Source: Chrysomallon squamiferum
Taxonomy: Eukaryota > Animalia > Mollusca
DNA length: 64,000 nt
Assembly: GCA_012295275.1 (NCBI GenBank)
Contig: CM022665.1
Span: 24,366,001-24,430,000 of the forward strand
Direction of reading: 5' to 3'
In this document: piece by piece, positions 13,280 to 25,307 of the stretch
How positions within the stretch are numbered: the first letter of the stretch is position 1
How the letters are laid out: every line of letters begins with the position of its first letter
Notes under the pieces: generated by a model
What the model was told of the DNA's origin: nothing
The model's input: only the letters and a program-made list of their open reading frames with translations
Databases searched by the model: none
Program-made: the position numbers and the translations under genes

Positions 13280-13992
13280 TGATACTTTGGTGAATTATTA
13301 TGATGAAAATAATAGTTTAGAATAGATTAGGTTTAATTTGTATCGATATGAATAAAATAAATAGGTACTGGTGGTAATTTTTTACATCTCCAAATGAGAC
13401 AGTATTCTAAAATTAATGTTCGCGTGCATACATATGCGTAGGCCTATATATGCGTGCGAGCGTGTATGTTTGCGTGTCTGTGAGTGTGTAAAAGAGCGTC
13501 AACAAAAAAAAAAAAAATAAATAAATAAAACGATATCTTGTTGCTTTGTGAACAAAATTTAGATTTAATAGCATTGGCTTAGAAAGATGGACACACATCA
13601 GTTATAATATACTGATGAAATATTGGACATTGTCGGGTTTTTTTTGTTGTTGTTTTTGTTGTTGTTGTTGTTTTCTTTCTTCTTCTTTTTTTTATGAAAA
13701 CAATTTAGCGATGTATTAGTCATTAGCTTGCAGTTTGTAGAATTTTTCTTTTTTCTTTCTTTCTTTATTGCTGCTATTATTATTTTTAACTTGTTGCACA
13801 GCTTCATTTTAACCGATTTATTTTAACACTACGAAAATAATGGTAATCATAACAGTAACTCACTGTGATAATATTTATGAAGTTCAGTTAGGAGTTATTG
13901 CCCTTGCTTCTTTATTGCGTGAGATTTGTACGCTGTTGATAATGATGATGATGATAATAATAATAATAATTATAATAATATTATTATTATTA

Positions 13993-14031
<39 letters not shown>

Positions 14032-14188
14032 TTCAATGGGTCTGTCAGTATAGATTTATTAAAAGAATAAAGTAAGCAGGAAATCAAATACAGAAGAAAA
14101 CAATAAATCTCAAATTACATGTAGTACGTTAATCAATTACTTAACAATGATGATGATAATGATTCGTTTACTCTAAATTTACTATATG

Positions 14189-14911
14189 CAGGGGCGTATC
14201 TAGGGTGTGGAAGGTATAGCAATTGCCACTTGAAAGGGGCGCCACTCAGCAGATTCTGAAGGAAAAAAAAGAAGTTTCTTCAAACATGTGATCTGCCATT
14301 AAGTCTTTTTATGTTAGTGAGAAGCACTAGGGACGCCAGATTGTTAAATTATTATGTAAAAACATAGTGCTTGTAATAATATTGTAATTTAGTCAAACAT
14401 AGTAACCTATGAAATTTAATGTTCTTTTAAAACAAATCAACAGTGTAATTTTCATAGTTTGGTACCTCTGGCTAAAGTAGATTATTCTTTAATTTATGTT
14501 CTGGTACGTCTTTCTGCCTCACCTAAATATTTATGACTATATTTAATACATAGTCTTAGATACATACTTGAATAAAAGTCTTATATAAAGTCTAAATAAA
14601 ACCTTTATTTAATGAAGGGTGGTTGGATTTAGTTATTTTTCTTCTTAATCTCATCCTTATCACACATTTACCTCACAAATTAATTCCTCATTTCGCTTTC
14701 AATTTCACAAAGTTTTTTTAATTCTTCTTTTGTACGTTCTATATCCTACTACAGTACACTTTAGGTATATTTGAATAAAATTAAAATTTAAAAATAATAT
14801 AACAATGTTACATAACCTGCAACGGATCGTAAGACTGTTTTACTGAAGTAATAATAGTGGCAAGTGAATATAATATAATAATAGTGGCAGATATATATAT
14901 ATACGCCCCTG
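14189..14911. mobile_element. Non-autonomous hAT-like DNA transposon (MITE), 723 bp
   Basis: 11-bp TIRs CAGGGGCGTAT / ATACGCCCCTG flanked by an 8-bp TSD ACTATATG (14181-14188 and 14912-14919); no transposase ORF. Confidence 0.85.
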
Positions 14912-15374
14912 ACTATATGTACTATGCATTTCAAGTTCAGTAATAACTAATTGAATTTTTAACATACGTGATTATTGCGAATACGATTTGTCTATAGACA
15001 TAATTTACTTTTGAGTTATAAATGATTACTTTTAAATGATTAAATGTAAAATTTTATCTCCCACCAAAATAATAATTACAAACTCAATTCCTGAATAAAA
15101 TCTATCTAAATTTATATTTAGTCTGTGTTAACGTGTGTATATGTGTGTAACCTCCCAATATTCATACCAGCCAGTGTCATCCAGTTTAAAATAACAAAGT
15201 TGAAAGTTGGGTGCACACACTTTCATAGTCATTACCATATAACACACAATGAATTGGTAATGGAAGAATTAGGGAATTAAACGGAATACGATGTAAAGAT
15301 TGTATTAATTCAATTTCGCCATCCTATCTCAGTTAATATATTCATATTACCCAAAATAATTAATAAAAGCACAC

Positions 15375-15411
<37 letters not shown>

Positions 15412-15853
15412 GATATCCATGATCACATATAAAAGTGATGACAATTTTTTATAATAAATAATCAAACCACGCTTTTATTAGTACACAGCCCATCAACATG
15501 TACGAGTGTTGGGTCTACGACTACTGGCACGCATGACGTAAACAGCGAGCACAGGCGTAGGTTTGTTTATTGTTATTTTCAAAGAAGAGTCAAACATTAT
15601 TATGGTGTGAAACTTTCACTAAACTACTTACTGACAAACTGACGAAGAAAAGATACTATAAATGAATAGCTTTATTTAATAATAATAATAGTAATGAATA
15701 AATAATGAATAAATAAATAAACAAACAAATAAACAAACAAATAATAATAATAATAATAATAATAAAAGTGCGAAAAAATAAACTTGTTTCAGCATTTATG
15801 TTTATTTTATTTATTTCCCTCTCCCGCTCACTCAGCGCACACAAACACACTCT

Positions 15854-15910
<57 letters not shown>

Positions 15911-16796
15911 ACACACATAGACACAAACAAACACACTCACACACAGATACAATTACTCTCATTCACTGTTTGTGTCTCATTATATCTTTCTCTGCTTCTA
16001 CTTTTTCCTAACCTCTTTCTTCCCTTTCTATGTTTCATTCGTTCTTTCACTCTCGTTTTATCTCACTTTGTAACACATTCCTGCTTTCCCCTCTTTCTCA
16101 ACCTTTCTTAACAAAAACCTTCATTAATAAAAATCCGTTTTTACAACAAATACCCCAGACCGAAAGCTAGAACTTGTAGAAGTGCAGCAAACAAAAAAGT
16201 AAAATAATAATAATAAATTAAAATAATAAATAAATAAATAAATAAATAAATAATAATAATACAATAAAAAATGATATAGAACGTCAACATTTCTACTCCT
16301 TTGTCTTCTGCTTCTTCTTCTTTTTAAAATTTGTTTAGCCCCAAAAATGATGTTCTCTCTAACCTGTCACTTTAACACAATATATCGATTCTTGTTTGAA
16401 GACAATACTGACTGTGCATCTAAATTTAATAACAGATAGAAGAAGTGCTAAACACATATGTTAAACGATTGCTGTGTTAATTATGCCTGTACCGGCAGTC
16501 TGCCTTGGGGGAGATATTAATCGGTCAAACAAAGGCGCGAAACAACACTTCAGTTATCCAAATAAAAACACAGTAACGATCAAATGACATTTGGATTAAC
16601 TATGCTAATCGCCACCATGAAAACGAAGAACAAAATAGCTTCCATCAACATGTCAACAAGTTAACCTCATCTAAGTGGAACGTGTCCTAACAGAGCCAAA
16701 AAGTCAAATAATGTTTCCATAACTCAAACAATGGCGGAGGCAGACATGTCACGTTTTGAGTCTAGACTAGAAAATAAAAAATAAATATTTATTAGC

Positions 16797-16833
16797 TATA
16801 AAAGAGACCATCGTTATAAATTCAAATGCAGTT
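16797..16833 (+). promoter_or_regulatory. TATA box and Inr-like element of ORF B
   Basis: TATAAAA at 16797-16803, GCAGTT at 16828-16833, ATG at 16928. Confidence 0.5.
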
Positions 16834-16927
16834 CGTCTCCCGATATCAGCTAAATAGCATCAGAGCCTTTTATTGAAATATTCATTTTTGTGGGATATTA
16901 CTTACTACCGAACTGTTCATTACAATT

Positions 16928-17416
16928 ATGAAGAGAAAAAACGAAATCTGTGATTTTGAAGATGGTCTGATTGAAGATGACTTCGACATAAGACGGCATA
17001 AAAGACTGAGAGAAGAATTTCAGAAACCGGCTGAAGTTTTTCCAAAACTGGTTGATTATTCGTTCAGTGGAGATGAGGATGACGACGAGATCGATAGAAA
17101 CGGACACGACATCACCGTTCCCTACATCCCGGGTTTGCTGGCACTGGACTTAAAAACGTCATTCAACTTCGTGGACAGATTACAGTGTGACTGTGGGAAC
17201 TGTCACGGAAAAACGAAGACATCCAGTAAAAACAAAACAGGAGAATTCAAGTTCCAGAAAAACGGAGATGAAGTCTGCGAAAACTCTTTTCATATTTTGA
17301 ATGCAACGGCTTACGGCAAAGCAACAAAGAAAAGATATTTTCCTAAAGTTAAAATAGGATCGAGTATTTTTCGATGGTTCAAAAAGAAATCAAAGTCAGC
17401 CACATGTAGGAAATAG
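16928..17416 (+). CDS. Orphan MKRK-family protein B (162 aa)
   Basis: ATG ORF with upstream TATA and AATAAA at 17632. Motifs MKRK, FPKLVDYSFSGDEDDD, CDCGNC and GSSIFRWFKKK are shared with neighbouring ORFs. Confidence 0.8.
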   Translation: MKRKNEICDFEDGLIEDDFDIRRHKRLREEFQKPAEVFPKLVDYSFSGDEDDDEIDRNGHDITVPYIPGLLALDLKTSFNFVDRLQCDCGNCHGKTKTSSKNKTGEFKFQKNGDEVCENSFHILNATAYGKATKKRYFPKVKIGSSIFRWFKKKSKSATCRK

Positions 17417-17752
17417 CTGAGAAACGATACAAAAATCAAGAATGTTGTTTTTCATTAAACAAACAACAACATAAATTTCAAGTGTCTACAAATACTAGAC
17501 ATTTCAGCAACAGACATTTGCAGTTTCGAAATATTTCGTTAAATGAAAACGTCTGTATTAGTGCTATATGTATTTAGTGCTGTATATATACATGCAATAC
17601 GTGTAATTAAAAAAAAAAAAGGTATCTTTTAAATAAAATGTATATACTGTCAGACATAGTTTTGTTTTTGTTTTCTATTTGTTTTAAACTAAAACTTTGT
17701 TTGAAAGCCATATTAAAAAACAAAAAAATTTCTCTCTCACTTTAACTTTTGA

Positions 17753-17836
17753 GACTTCGGAAGTTAAAACCTCCATTGAAAGCTTATGTTTCTAAAAATA
17801 ACATTCGCCTTTGAATATAACACTATGATGTATTTT
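17753..17836 (+). pseudogene. Relic copy of the 3' end of ORF C (last codons, stop, start of UTR)
   Basis: Ungapped 70/84 identity (manual count) to 19274-19357; reads LRKLKPPLKAYVSKNNIRL* vs LRKPKAPKEADVSKNDIRL*. Confidence 0.75.
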
Positions 17837-18825
17837 GCTATATCTTTTTATCCCTCTTTTTGCAGTAAAACTACACTTTTAGAATACGTCTTTTGTTTGG
17901 AAACCTACAATCTGTATTAGTATTATTCACTGTTAGAATCTCACTTTCACCGTTTAATTAGGTTATGTAATTCCAGAACATAATACTTTTGTTTTCGAGA
18001 AACAAATCAATATTTATTTTATTCGAATAGAGAAATTTACAACAACAAAAAAAAAAATTAAATTAAATTTAAACACAAAACATACACGCACGCCCGAATA
18101 AAAAAAATTAAACCTGAAGAAATTAAAATACGAAACAAAAAATCAAAACATCAGAAACAAACTCTTTCAGTATAAGTAATTGGTGTTTGCGAATTTACAT
18201 GTTTGTATATAAGTTGGTTTTTTTAACATTATTATTCCAGTGCATGCGTGTATTAGAAGTTAATTGCATTAAAAAATATATAAAATAAAAAAAAAAAAAA
18301 TAAAAAAATAAATAAATAAATACAACATGAAAACACAACCAAAATAACTAACTAGTTTTTCATGTTTAATCTACTACACATGCGCACAGTTTGAAATTGA
18401 AACAGAGATGATGAATGCTTAAAATAACTGTAATAGTTTTCGCAGTACTCAGTAAATCAGATTAATCGACACGTAGCAATATTAATTTAATAACATAAGA
18501 TCTTTTATTAAGAGAATCAGACATAAAATGAAGATCGTTGATTAATTATCGTCCTATTAATACCAAAGCGCTTGTCACCTAGGAGTAACGTCTTCTTCCA
18601 AAGAGATATATAACCTGAAACTCCGACAGAAGTATTATACTTAACGTGTACCCATCAAATACTGTTTATATTTTCTTACAGCTGAACATATATATATTTT
18701 TTCCATCAATAAGAGTACATTCAGCAGTGTTGCACTGTTTTTCACTGTTTCAATTACCGACGTTTCTGTTGCAGATATAATAAGATTTCCATTACAAGTG
18801 AACAAATAGGAGACTTCACTTCACA

Positions 18826-19335
18826 ATGAAGAGAAAATGTATCACCTGTCTTGACACAAACAGAGTAATCGAATACACCCAGCCGGCTGAGAAGAAACCG
18901 AAACCGGATTCACTGGTGACATTTCGAAAAGAATTCTTCCCGTTAGTTGATTATTCTTTCAGTGAAGACGACGACAGCAGTTCTGAGAAATCGCAGACAG
19001 AAGCTGGCAGAAGAAGGGGAAATGATTCCACGGATCTCTTCCGGTATTCGATTCGACGTCGCACAGAGTCATTGCCTGTCGCCGATACAGGACAATCTGG
19101 CGCTCAGACACTGTGTTGTCGCTGTGTTGACAGCATGCGTAGTGTTGGTTTTGGGGCCAAACGCGACACGGAAAAAGCTGTCGCAAAACCAGAGAAGACC
19201 AAGTTTATGAACATATTTAGAAAACCATTCTTGAAGAAATTTAAAAAGGATAATGGTCTGTTTCGATTTTGTGGACTTCGCAAGCCAAAAGCTCCCAAAG
19301 AAGCTGACGTTTCTAAAAATGACATTCGCCTTTGA
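18826..19335 (+). CDS. Orphan MKRK-family protein C (169 aa)
   Basis: acaATG start; MKRK...PAEKKPK NLS-like; FFPLVDYSFSEDDD (DNA 18/19 identical to ORF B there); CCRC; basic C-terminus. TATA-like elements at 18607 and 18689. Confidence 0.8.
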   Translation: MKRKCITCLDTNRVIEYTQPAEKKPKPDSLVTFRKEFFPLVDYSFSEDDDSSSEKSQTEAGRRRGNDSTDLFRYSIRRRTESLPVADTGQSGAQTLCCRCVDSMRSVGFGAKRDTEKAVAKPEKTKFMNIFRKPFLKKFKKDNGLFRFCGLRKPKAPKEADVSKNDIRL

Positions 19336-20486
19336 ATATGACACTGTGATGTATTTTATTATGTCTCTATATGACAGACATGTTTAAATGTGATATCTGT
19401 ATCCGAAAAGTGATATTTGTGTAATATTTTATGCAGTAATCACTTCATCAGAGCAGTTTTGAATACACAGCAATAACATATTGAGACCATCAGAATAAAT
19501 TTTGCTTTATTTTGAGAAGTATTTTCTCTTTTTATATGTACATATATACGGATTTTATTCTACTGACAAAATTAATAAATGGCAAATTAAGTGCTTTTAT
19601 TCTGTATAAAATAAATGTTTTGTATTTTGTGTTCGTTTCTGTAAATATTATGTTTAATAAATTCGTGTACATTAATTTCATATTTTTTCTTTTTGTTTTT
19701 ACTTTTTTCAATGCTTTTTTAAAAAAAAAGTAAATTTAAAACTTAGTGACGGCTTTACAAATAATGTGAATAAAATGTTACATTTGAATATTAATTTGAA
19801 GCTTGAAAAAAAGAGTAAGTGTTGCCTTGACCTGATAATGGTTTATCTCTTGTCTTGCTTTTTTCTATATTTTGGTTTTAAATGTGGAAGTTAACTATTC
19901 CAGAGTTTAACAGAGAGTAAAGCATCGTATAGTGAGAACGAATGGAAAAAGTTAATTTATTCTCAGTATGTTGTGGGAGAATCGTATTTCCATAATTTTA
20001 TCGCAGTTTTTTAAGATATCATTAACTGAAAATTTAAACTCTTTCCCGAGAAAGACGAAGAGTAGAACGTCTTTTTTTGTCCTGATTATTACCTCTGTTT
20101 TAAAAAAAAAAATTAATAAATTTCTTAATTTACTTGGTTGCGATAGTGTGTTTCTGATTTAATGTCCTGGTGTTTCTGCAGGTTGGTGAAACAGTCGATT
20201 TGAAAATCAAAACAAAAACAAATGGTAGAACGAATTAACTTCAAAATAACTAAATAGTGGATAGAAAAGGAGCAAATAATAAATAAAAAACAAACAAGAA
20301 TTGTTGAATAATTTATTTAGAATATATTTACAATTAATTTAAAAGCACTTTTATGACAGGTTTTGTAATAGTGGGTGGATGGATATGTGTGTGTTTCTGA
20401 GTTTTTCATAAATGATTACTCAGAGATTCCTGAAAGTAGACTGTGTAATACATATAGTAAAATATACATCTACAGCACTAACAGGC

Positions 20487-21662
20487 TTATTCACAAACAA
20501 TGCCTTTAACCATTGTTTTTATTCTGTTTTCATCTTCAATGTCTGAAATATACTTTGTTGCCTTCTTGTCTGACAGTTTTAACCAGCTTGAAATTCTGCT
20601 CTTTATGTTATCTTTTATTTTATTCTTCGTCATCTTATCTAAACTCTCCTGGAAAGAATGTCTTTCGTTATTTCTCCCGCATAACATCAGAAATTTTAGT
20701 CCATTGTTTTGTTTTGTTGAAACTTGCGTTTCTTCGCATACTTTATGTTCGTTTATAGAGATAACGCCATTGAAACGAACTTGTTTTCGTTGTTTCCCTT
20801 GAGGCAGAACAACAGTACTGACCCGACAATGAATATCATCAAATCGGACATGCTTCTCTTGGCGTTTTCCATTTGCTTCACATGAACAGTTATTCAAATT
20901 TAAGCTATCTTCGCCGAAATATTCTTCTGAATGGTTGAAATGGTGAAGCCTCTTAGAGTCGTGCGCATGTTTTATATCATGGCTCTGTGGTATTATTGTT
21001 TCTATATGGTCGTAGATGTGGACTGCATCAAAATCACTAGAAGTCTGCTGGATATCGAAATACAGATCAATTCCAGAGTCTTCTGAACGTAATGTCTTCT
21101 TACTTGGATTTTCAGACGTATTCTTGGCGTCAGCATTATCATGCAGATTTCTAACATTCCTTTCTGTTTCGTCTGTTAACCTGTTTCTTTCTGTCTCACA
21201 TTTATGCTGACGACGCATCTCGATAAGTTTTTGTCGACGAATGCTGATGTTACGAGAAAGAAAATACTCGTGAACGGCCAGCTGAAAGTCAACCCGATTC
21301 ACACTCTGGCGTTGTCTGCAATCCTCCTCTCTTTGGAAAAAGTCGTTTTCGTTTTGTAAGTTCTCACAGTGGACCTCGTGTGACACGTCATTCTTGTCAC
21401 TTTTCTCCCAAACAAAGGCTGTGTTAAGAACACACTGATCATGATCGGATACCTCTTCATCCAAATTCCCAACATCTTCGACATCGCCGTCATTGCCAGA
21501 CGAAGAAATATTTTCTAATACTTCTTCACATATTCCAGAATCCTCTGTTTCAACATCATCAATAACAGAAAATCGATAAAATTTGCCGTCGGTCCATTTT
21601 CCGTTAGCAGAATTTTTGCATAGATTTATCGGACTTAATTCTGTGCCAAATATTTCTTCCAT
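20487..21662 (-). CDS. Orphan protein D (391 aa from the first ATG; two RVxF and two DSG motifs)
   Basis: An open frame of 1.27 kb in AT-rich DNA is very unlikely by chance. First ATG at 21662 (agtATGG); the track's TTG start adds 31 codons. Motifs KHVRF, KQVRF, EDSGICEE, EDSGIDL, RISSWLK. Confidence 0.8.
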   Translation of the reverse strand: MEEIFGTELSPINLCKNSANGKWTDGKFYRFSVIDDVETEDSGICEEVLENISSSGNDGDVEDVGNLDEEVSDHDQCVLNTAFVWEKSDKNDVSHEVHCENLQNENDFFQREEDCRQRQSVNRVDFQLAVHEYFLSRNISIRRQKLIEMRRQHKCETERNRLTDETERNVRNLHDNADAKNTSENPSKKTLRSEDSGIDLYFDIQQTSSDFDAVHIYDHIETIIPQSHDIKHAHDSKRLHHFNHSEEYFGEDSLNLNNCSCEANGKRQEKHVRFDDIHCRVSTVVLPQGKQRKQVRFNGVISINEHKVCEETQVSTKQNNGLKFLMLCGRNNERHSFQESLDKMTKNKIKDNIKSRISSWLKLSDKKATKYISDIEDENRIKTMVKGIVCE

Positions 21663-22648
21663 ACTTATGATGTCTGTGAATCTTAAATTTAATAAACCCT
21701 GAAGCTTAGAGGAACAAACAATGTTGAGATATTTTTCTGTGAATGACGCTTCCAAAGACTATGTTACGTATTTATTAAGAAATACGACCAAAGTGACACA
21801 TGTTCAGTTTGGCATCCAGGTGTCAAAACCACCAGGCATTAATTGAGTTTTCTAGAAATCGTTCACCATATTGAAAACATAAAAAACAAAAAATATTATT
21901 TAGTCAGTTTCTTCCTTATACTCGTAATTATTGAAATAAATAAATTAAAAACGTCAACTCTAGTTATGAAAAAAAAAAATGATTGTTGTAAAATGTGTAA
22001 TGACAAACACAAAATGGTTGGTTTTTATTCACGAAAGAAGATCTGTGGGCTACTGAAGATTTTTGCTGATTGCAGTGATTGGTAATCAGAAAAGGGCGCC
22101 TACTGTCTGGATAGCTCACTGTGCTGAAACATGGTTCAACAATACGTAATTGAAAAGAACAGTGTTGAACAGTGTCAATACGTGAGCGGCGTTTTGTTAA
22201 CACCGCTCTGACACGCTGTAGCTGATTGCATCATTAACTATTATAGAATTATGTAAAATTTTGTCTTTACTATTGTTACTGGAGTCTTATTAAAATTGTT
22301 TTCTTGATATATTCACAATGAAAACATAACAAAGATCAAAATTGGAGGACATGATTATTACAGCAAGGTGTTACACTGAATTTTATTTAACGTTTAAGAG
22401 TAAAACCAATAAAGAACTACATCCTAGATTAAAACAAATAAAGTAAAAGGTAAAGCATAAAAATAAAAGTTTTAAGACATGGGAATAAAACAAATAAAAC
22501 CAAAAGTTTATCTTTACTATTCTCATTCGTTCTATATTCTTATGTAGATTTATGATATTAAATCTACGTACGCAAGGCTGAACCTAATTACCAAGTATTT
22601 TAATAAAGATATAATCATACACAAATAAACAAAAAATATAAAGTTGTG

Positions 22649-22650
<2 letters not shown>

Positions 22651-22733
<83 letters not shown>

Positions 22734-22741
22734 TGTGTGTG
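22651..22741. repeat. (TC)n(GT)n microsatellite
   Basis: Direct reading. Confidence 0.95.
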
Positions 22742-24215
22742 TAATAAAGAAAGTATAGATTTATAAATTATTCGATCATCCCATTAGTATTCTTCGATAT
22801 TTTATTAGAAATGTGATTAAACGTAAATATTCTGTACTATGCAGTTTTATTATTAAAAGTAAATTAAATATTTTCATCCTGTATTATATAATATTATTAA
22901 TAATAGTTTAGTTTCGATAATGCATAAAAGAAAGTTAAAAAAAGAAAAGCAGACTCGGATACAGTATGTTTTTCACGGATCATTGCAGGTTTATCAGTAC
23001 AGTATTAAAAAATGATGAAATAACTGAAGAAACTGATGATTTTTTTCATTAATTTTATATACGTGTATAAACATACACATATACACACTAAAAATATGAA
23101 AATAAAGTAGTGTTTTTTGCGTGTAGGCAGCATAGAAAGTGTAAAAGAAGATAAAATAAAAAAGGGGATTTTCTTGACATTTTGCAGTAATTGTAAGATG
23201 ACACAAACAAATAAGAACTAAGAAAATATAATAATAATAATAATAATAATCCATTCCATACTACTAATAATGGAATGTGGTTAGAAAGAAGAAAAAATAC
23301 TCTATTTAAACTATAGTTTATTTAGAACTTCATTAGGTTTGTGAAATAAAAGAAAACAAGTCAGTGATTTTTTAAAATTTTATAATGAAATTCTGCATTG
23401 TGCATTATTTTCTTGCACGTATATTTATTTTATTGTTTGTTTAGTTTAACTTTTTTAGTTCGAACGAAATAATATTTTCGTTCATTTCTTTTTCTTTTTT
23501 TTTTAATTTATTTATTTTGGTTGTCCATGTCTGTTAATTATTTATTAGTTCTTTTAGTTTGTATTTTTTAAGAAGGAGTTCCGAATTCGTCATTATGTAC
23601 TAAAATCAGTTATATATATAAATGGAGTGGAGTTTCAAATTAATTAACAGAAAAATAAACGAAGTAGTGGGATGAATACACGGGAATAAATTATAAATTT
23701 AAAAAAACAGAGAGAAAAAACAACAAAACGAGAAGAAGTATCAATACACACTATGAAATAAAAATACGATGACAGAAGGATTCTGGACGAACATTCTGAT
23801 AAGTTAAAACAACAGCAAGCAGACCTTGAAACGGAATAAATTATAAACACAAATAAAATATTTACTTTGGTTCATTCTTCGCTATTTTTTTATTTTTATT
23901 TTTTGTCACTGTTGGCTTAAAACTTCAACTTCCGACATTCTTTCTTCTACATATTTTTTTTTTGTTTTTCATTGTTAATTTAAAACTTTAACTGTTTGAT
24001 TGTTGTGTAAGGTTGAAGTCGTTATTTTAAACAGAGAACAGATGGAGAGAGTGTGTAGATTTAGGTAAACGTGAACTGCTGAGAGAGATCTGTGGAGATA
24101 CGACGGCTCACGTTGGGGAGTCGGCGCCAGGGTGATTGGTGTCACGATAGACTTCGACTTAGAACGTCTGTCGGAAGATTAGTCACCTGTCATGCCTCGT
24201 TTGTGCTTATTTCTG

Positions 24216-24258
<43 letters not shown>

Positions 24259-24259
24259 G

Positions 24260-24305
<46 letters not shown>
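24216..24305. repeat. (TAAA)n microsatellite
   Basis: Direct reading. Confidence 0.95.
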
Positions 24306-24307
<2 letters not shown>

Positions 24308-24565
24308 ATTGTTGGATTATAACGCGATTTTGAAATTTTGAAAAGGAGAAATGATCCTACTACTTCTTCTTCCTCTTATTATGATTATATATAAATAAAT
24401 AAAAATACTGTTAATAACAATTTAATTAATTAACTTTTTATTTTTTTTTATTTTTTTTATTTATATAATTTTGTACATTAATATTTCTAGAGTTTTTACA
24501 ATCTCTCTCTGTCAGCATTTATATTTCACTTTTTATAATTTGTCTATGAGTTTCCTCATATGTTC

Positions 24566-24599
<34 letters not shown>

Positions 24600-25117
24600 A
24601 ACACACAAGCGCACGCACAATTTTGCTTTTAAATTACCATGTAATTTGGAAAAATAAAAACAGAAGTCTAAAGAGAACAAAATTTAATTTCTTTAATTAA
24701 TATGAATTATATAATTTGCAGATCTTTATTTATATTTCAAAAAAGCGAACTGAAATTAAATATAAATATAAAAAGGATTAAGCACATAGTTTGAAAGGAA
24801 TTAAAAAATAAACGTGTTACATGTTGTTTTTTCTAAGACATTAGATAAATATTTAACACTTGCTATGTAATCTTTATTTCAAAACACAAAAATCCTTATT
24901 TTAACATACATAAATCCGCATATAGAAGGTGTGCTTATAAAGTACTTTACAGAACTTACGTCACCACACCAACAGTGAGACTGACAGTAATAGAGATAAT
25001 GACCTTGTTAGGTATGTTATAATGCTACCGTCCTTGACACAACAATAGGGATTAATGACTGCGTCTGTCTCTTAGATTATCCCTAATTGAGCGAACCCTG
25101 TACATCAGGTCGTTTTC

Positions 25118-25184
25118 TATTGGCAATTCAGAAACAACATTCGTGACTTATTAGCAGGGATTATGGTTACGACCGTTATATAAA
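25118..25184 (+). promoter_or_regulatory. Reverse CCAAT and TATA box of ORF E
   Basis: ATTGG at ~25118 and TATATAAA at 25177-25184, ~130 nt before the ATG. Confidence 0.5.
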
Positions 25185-25307
25185 CGTTCACCTTCCCATG
25201 CCTCACCACAAACCGTCATAAGCGATCATTTGAACAGTCGATTCTTATGAGCTACGAACTATAGAGATTTTTGTACTGAAAAAAAAGAGGGTTCAAAAAT
25301 AATCAGA

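Noticed and set aside
12225-16011. Poly-L/I/V/S/HT ORFs
   Set aside because: Translations of microsatellites.
16646-16751. p53-like half-sites (AACATGTC, AGACATGTC) upstream of ORF B
   Set aside because: No properly paired full site; compatible with chance.
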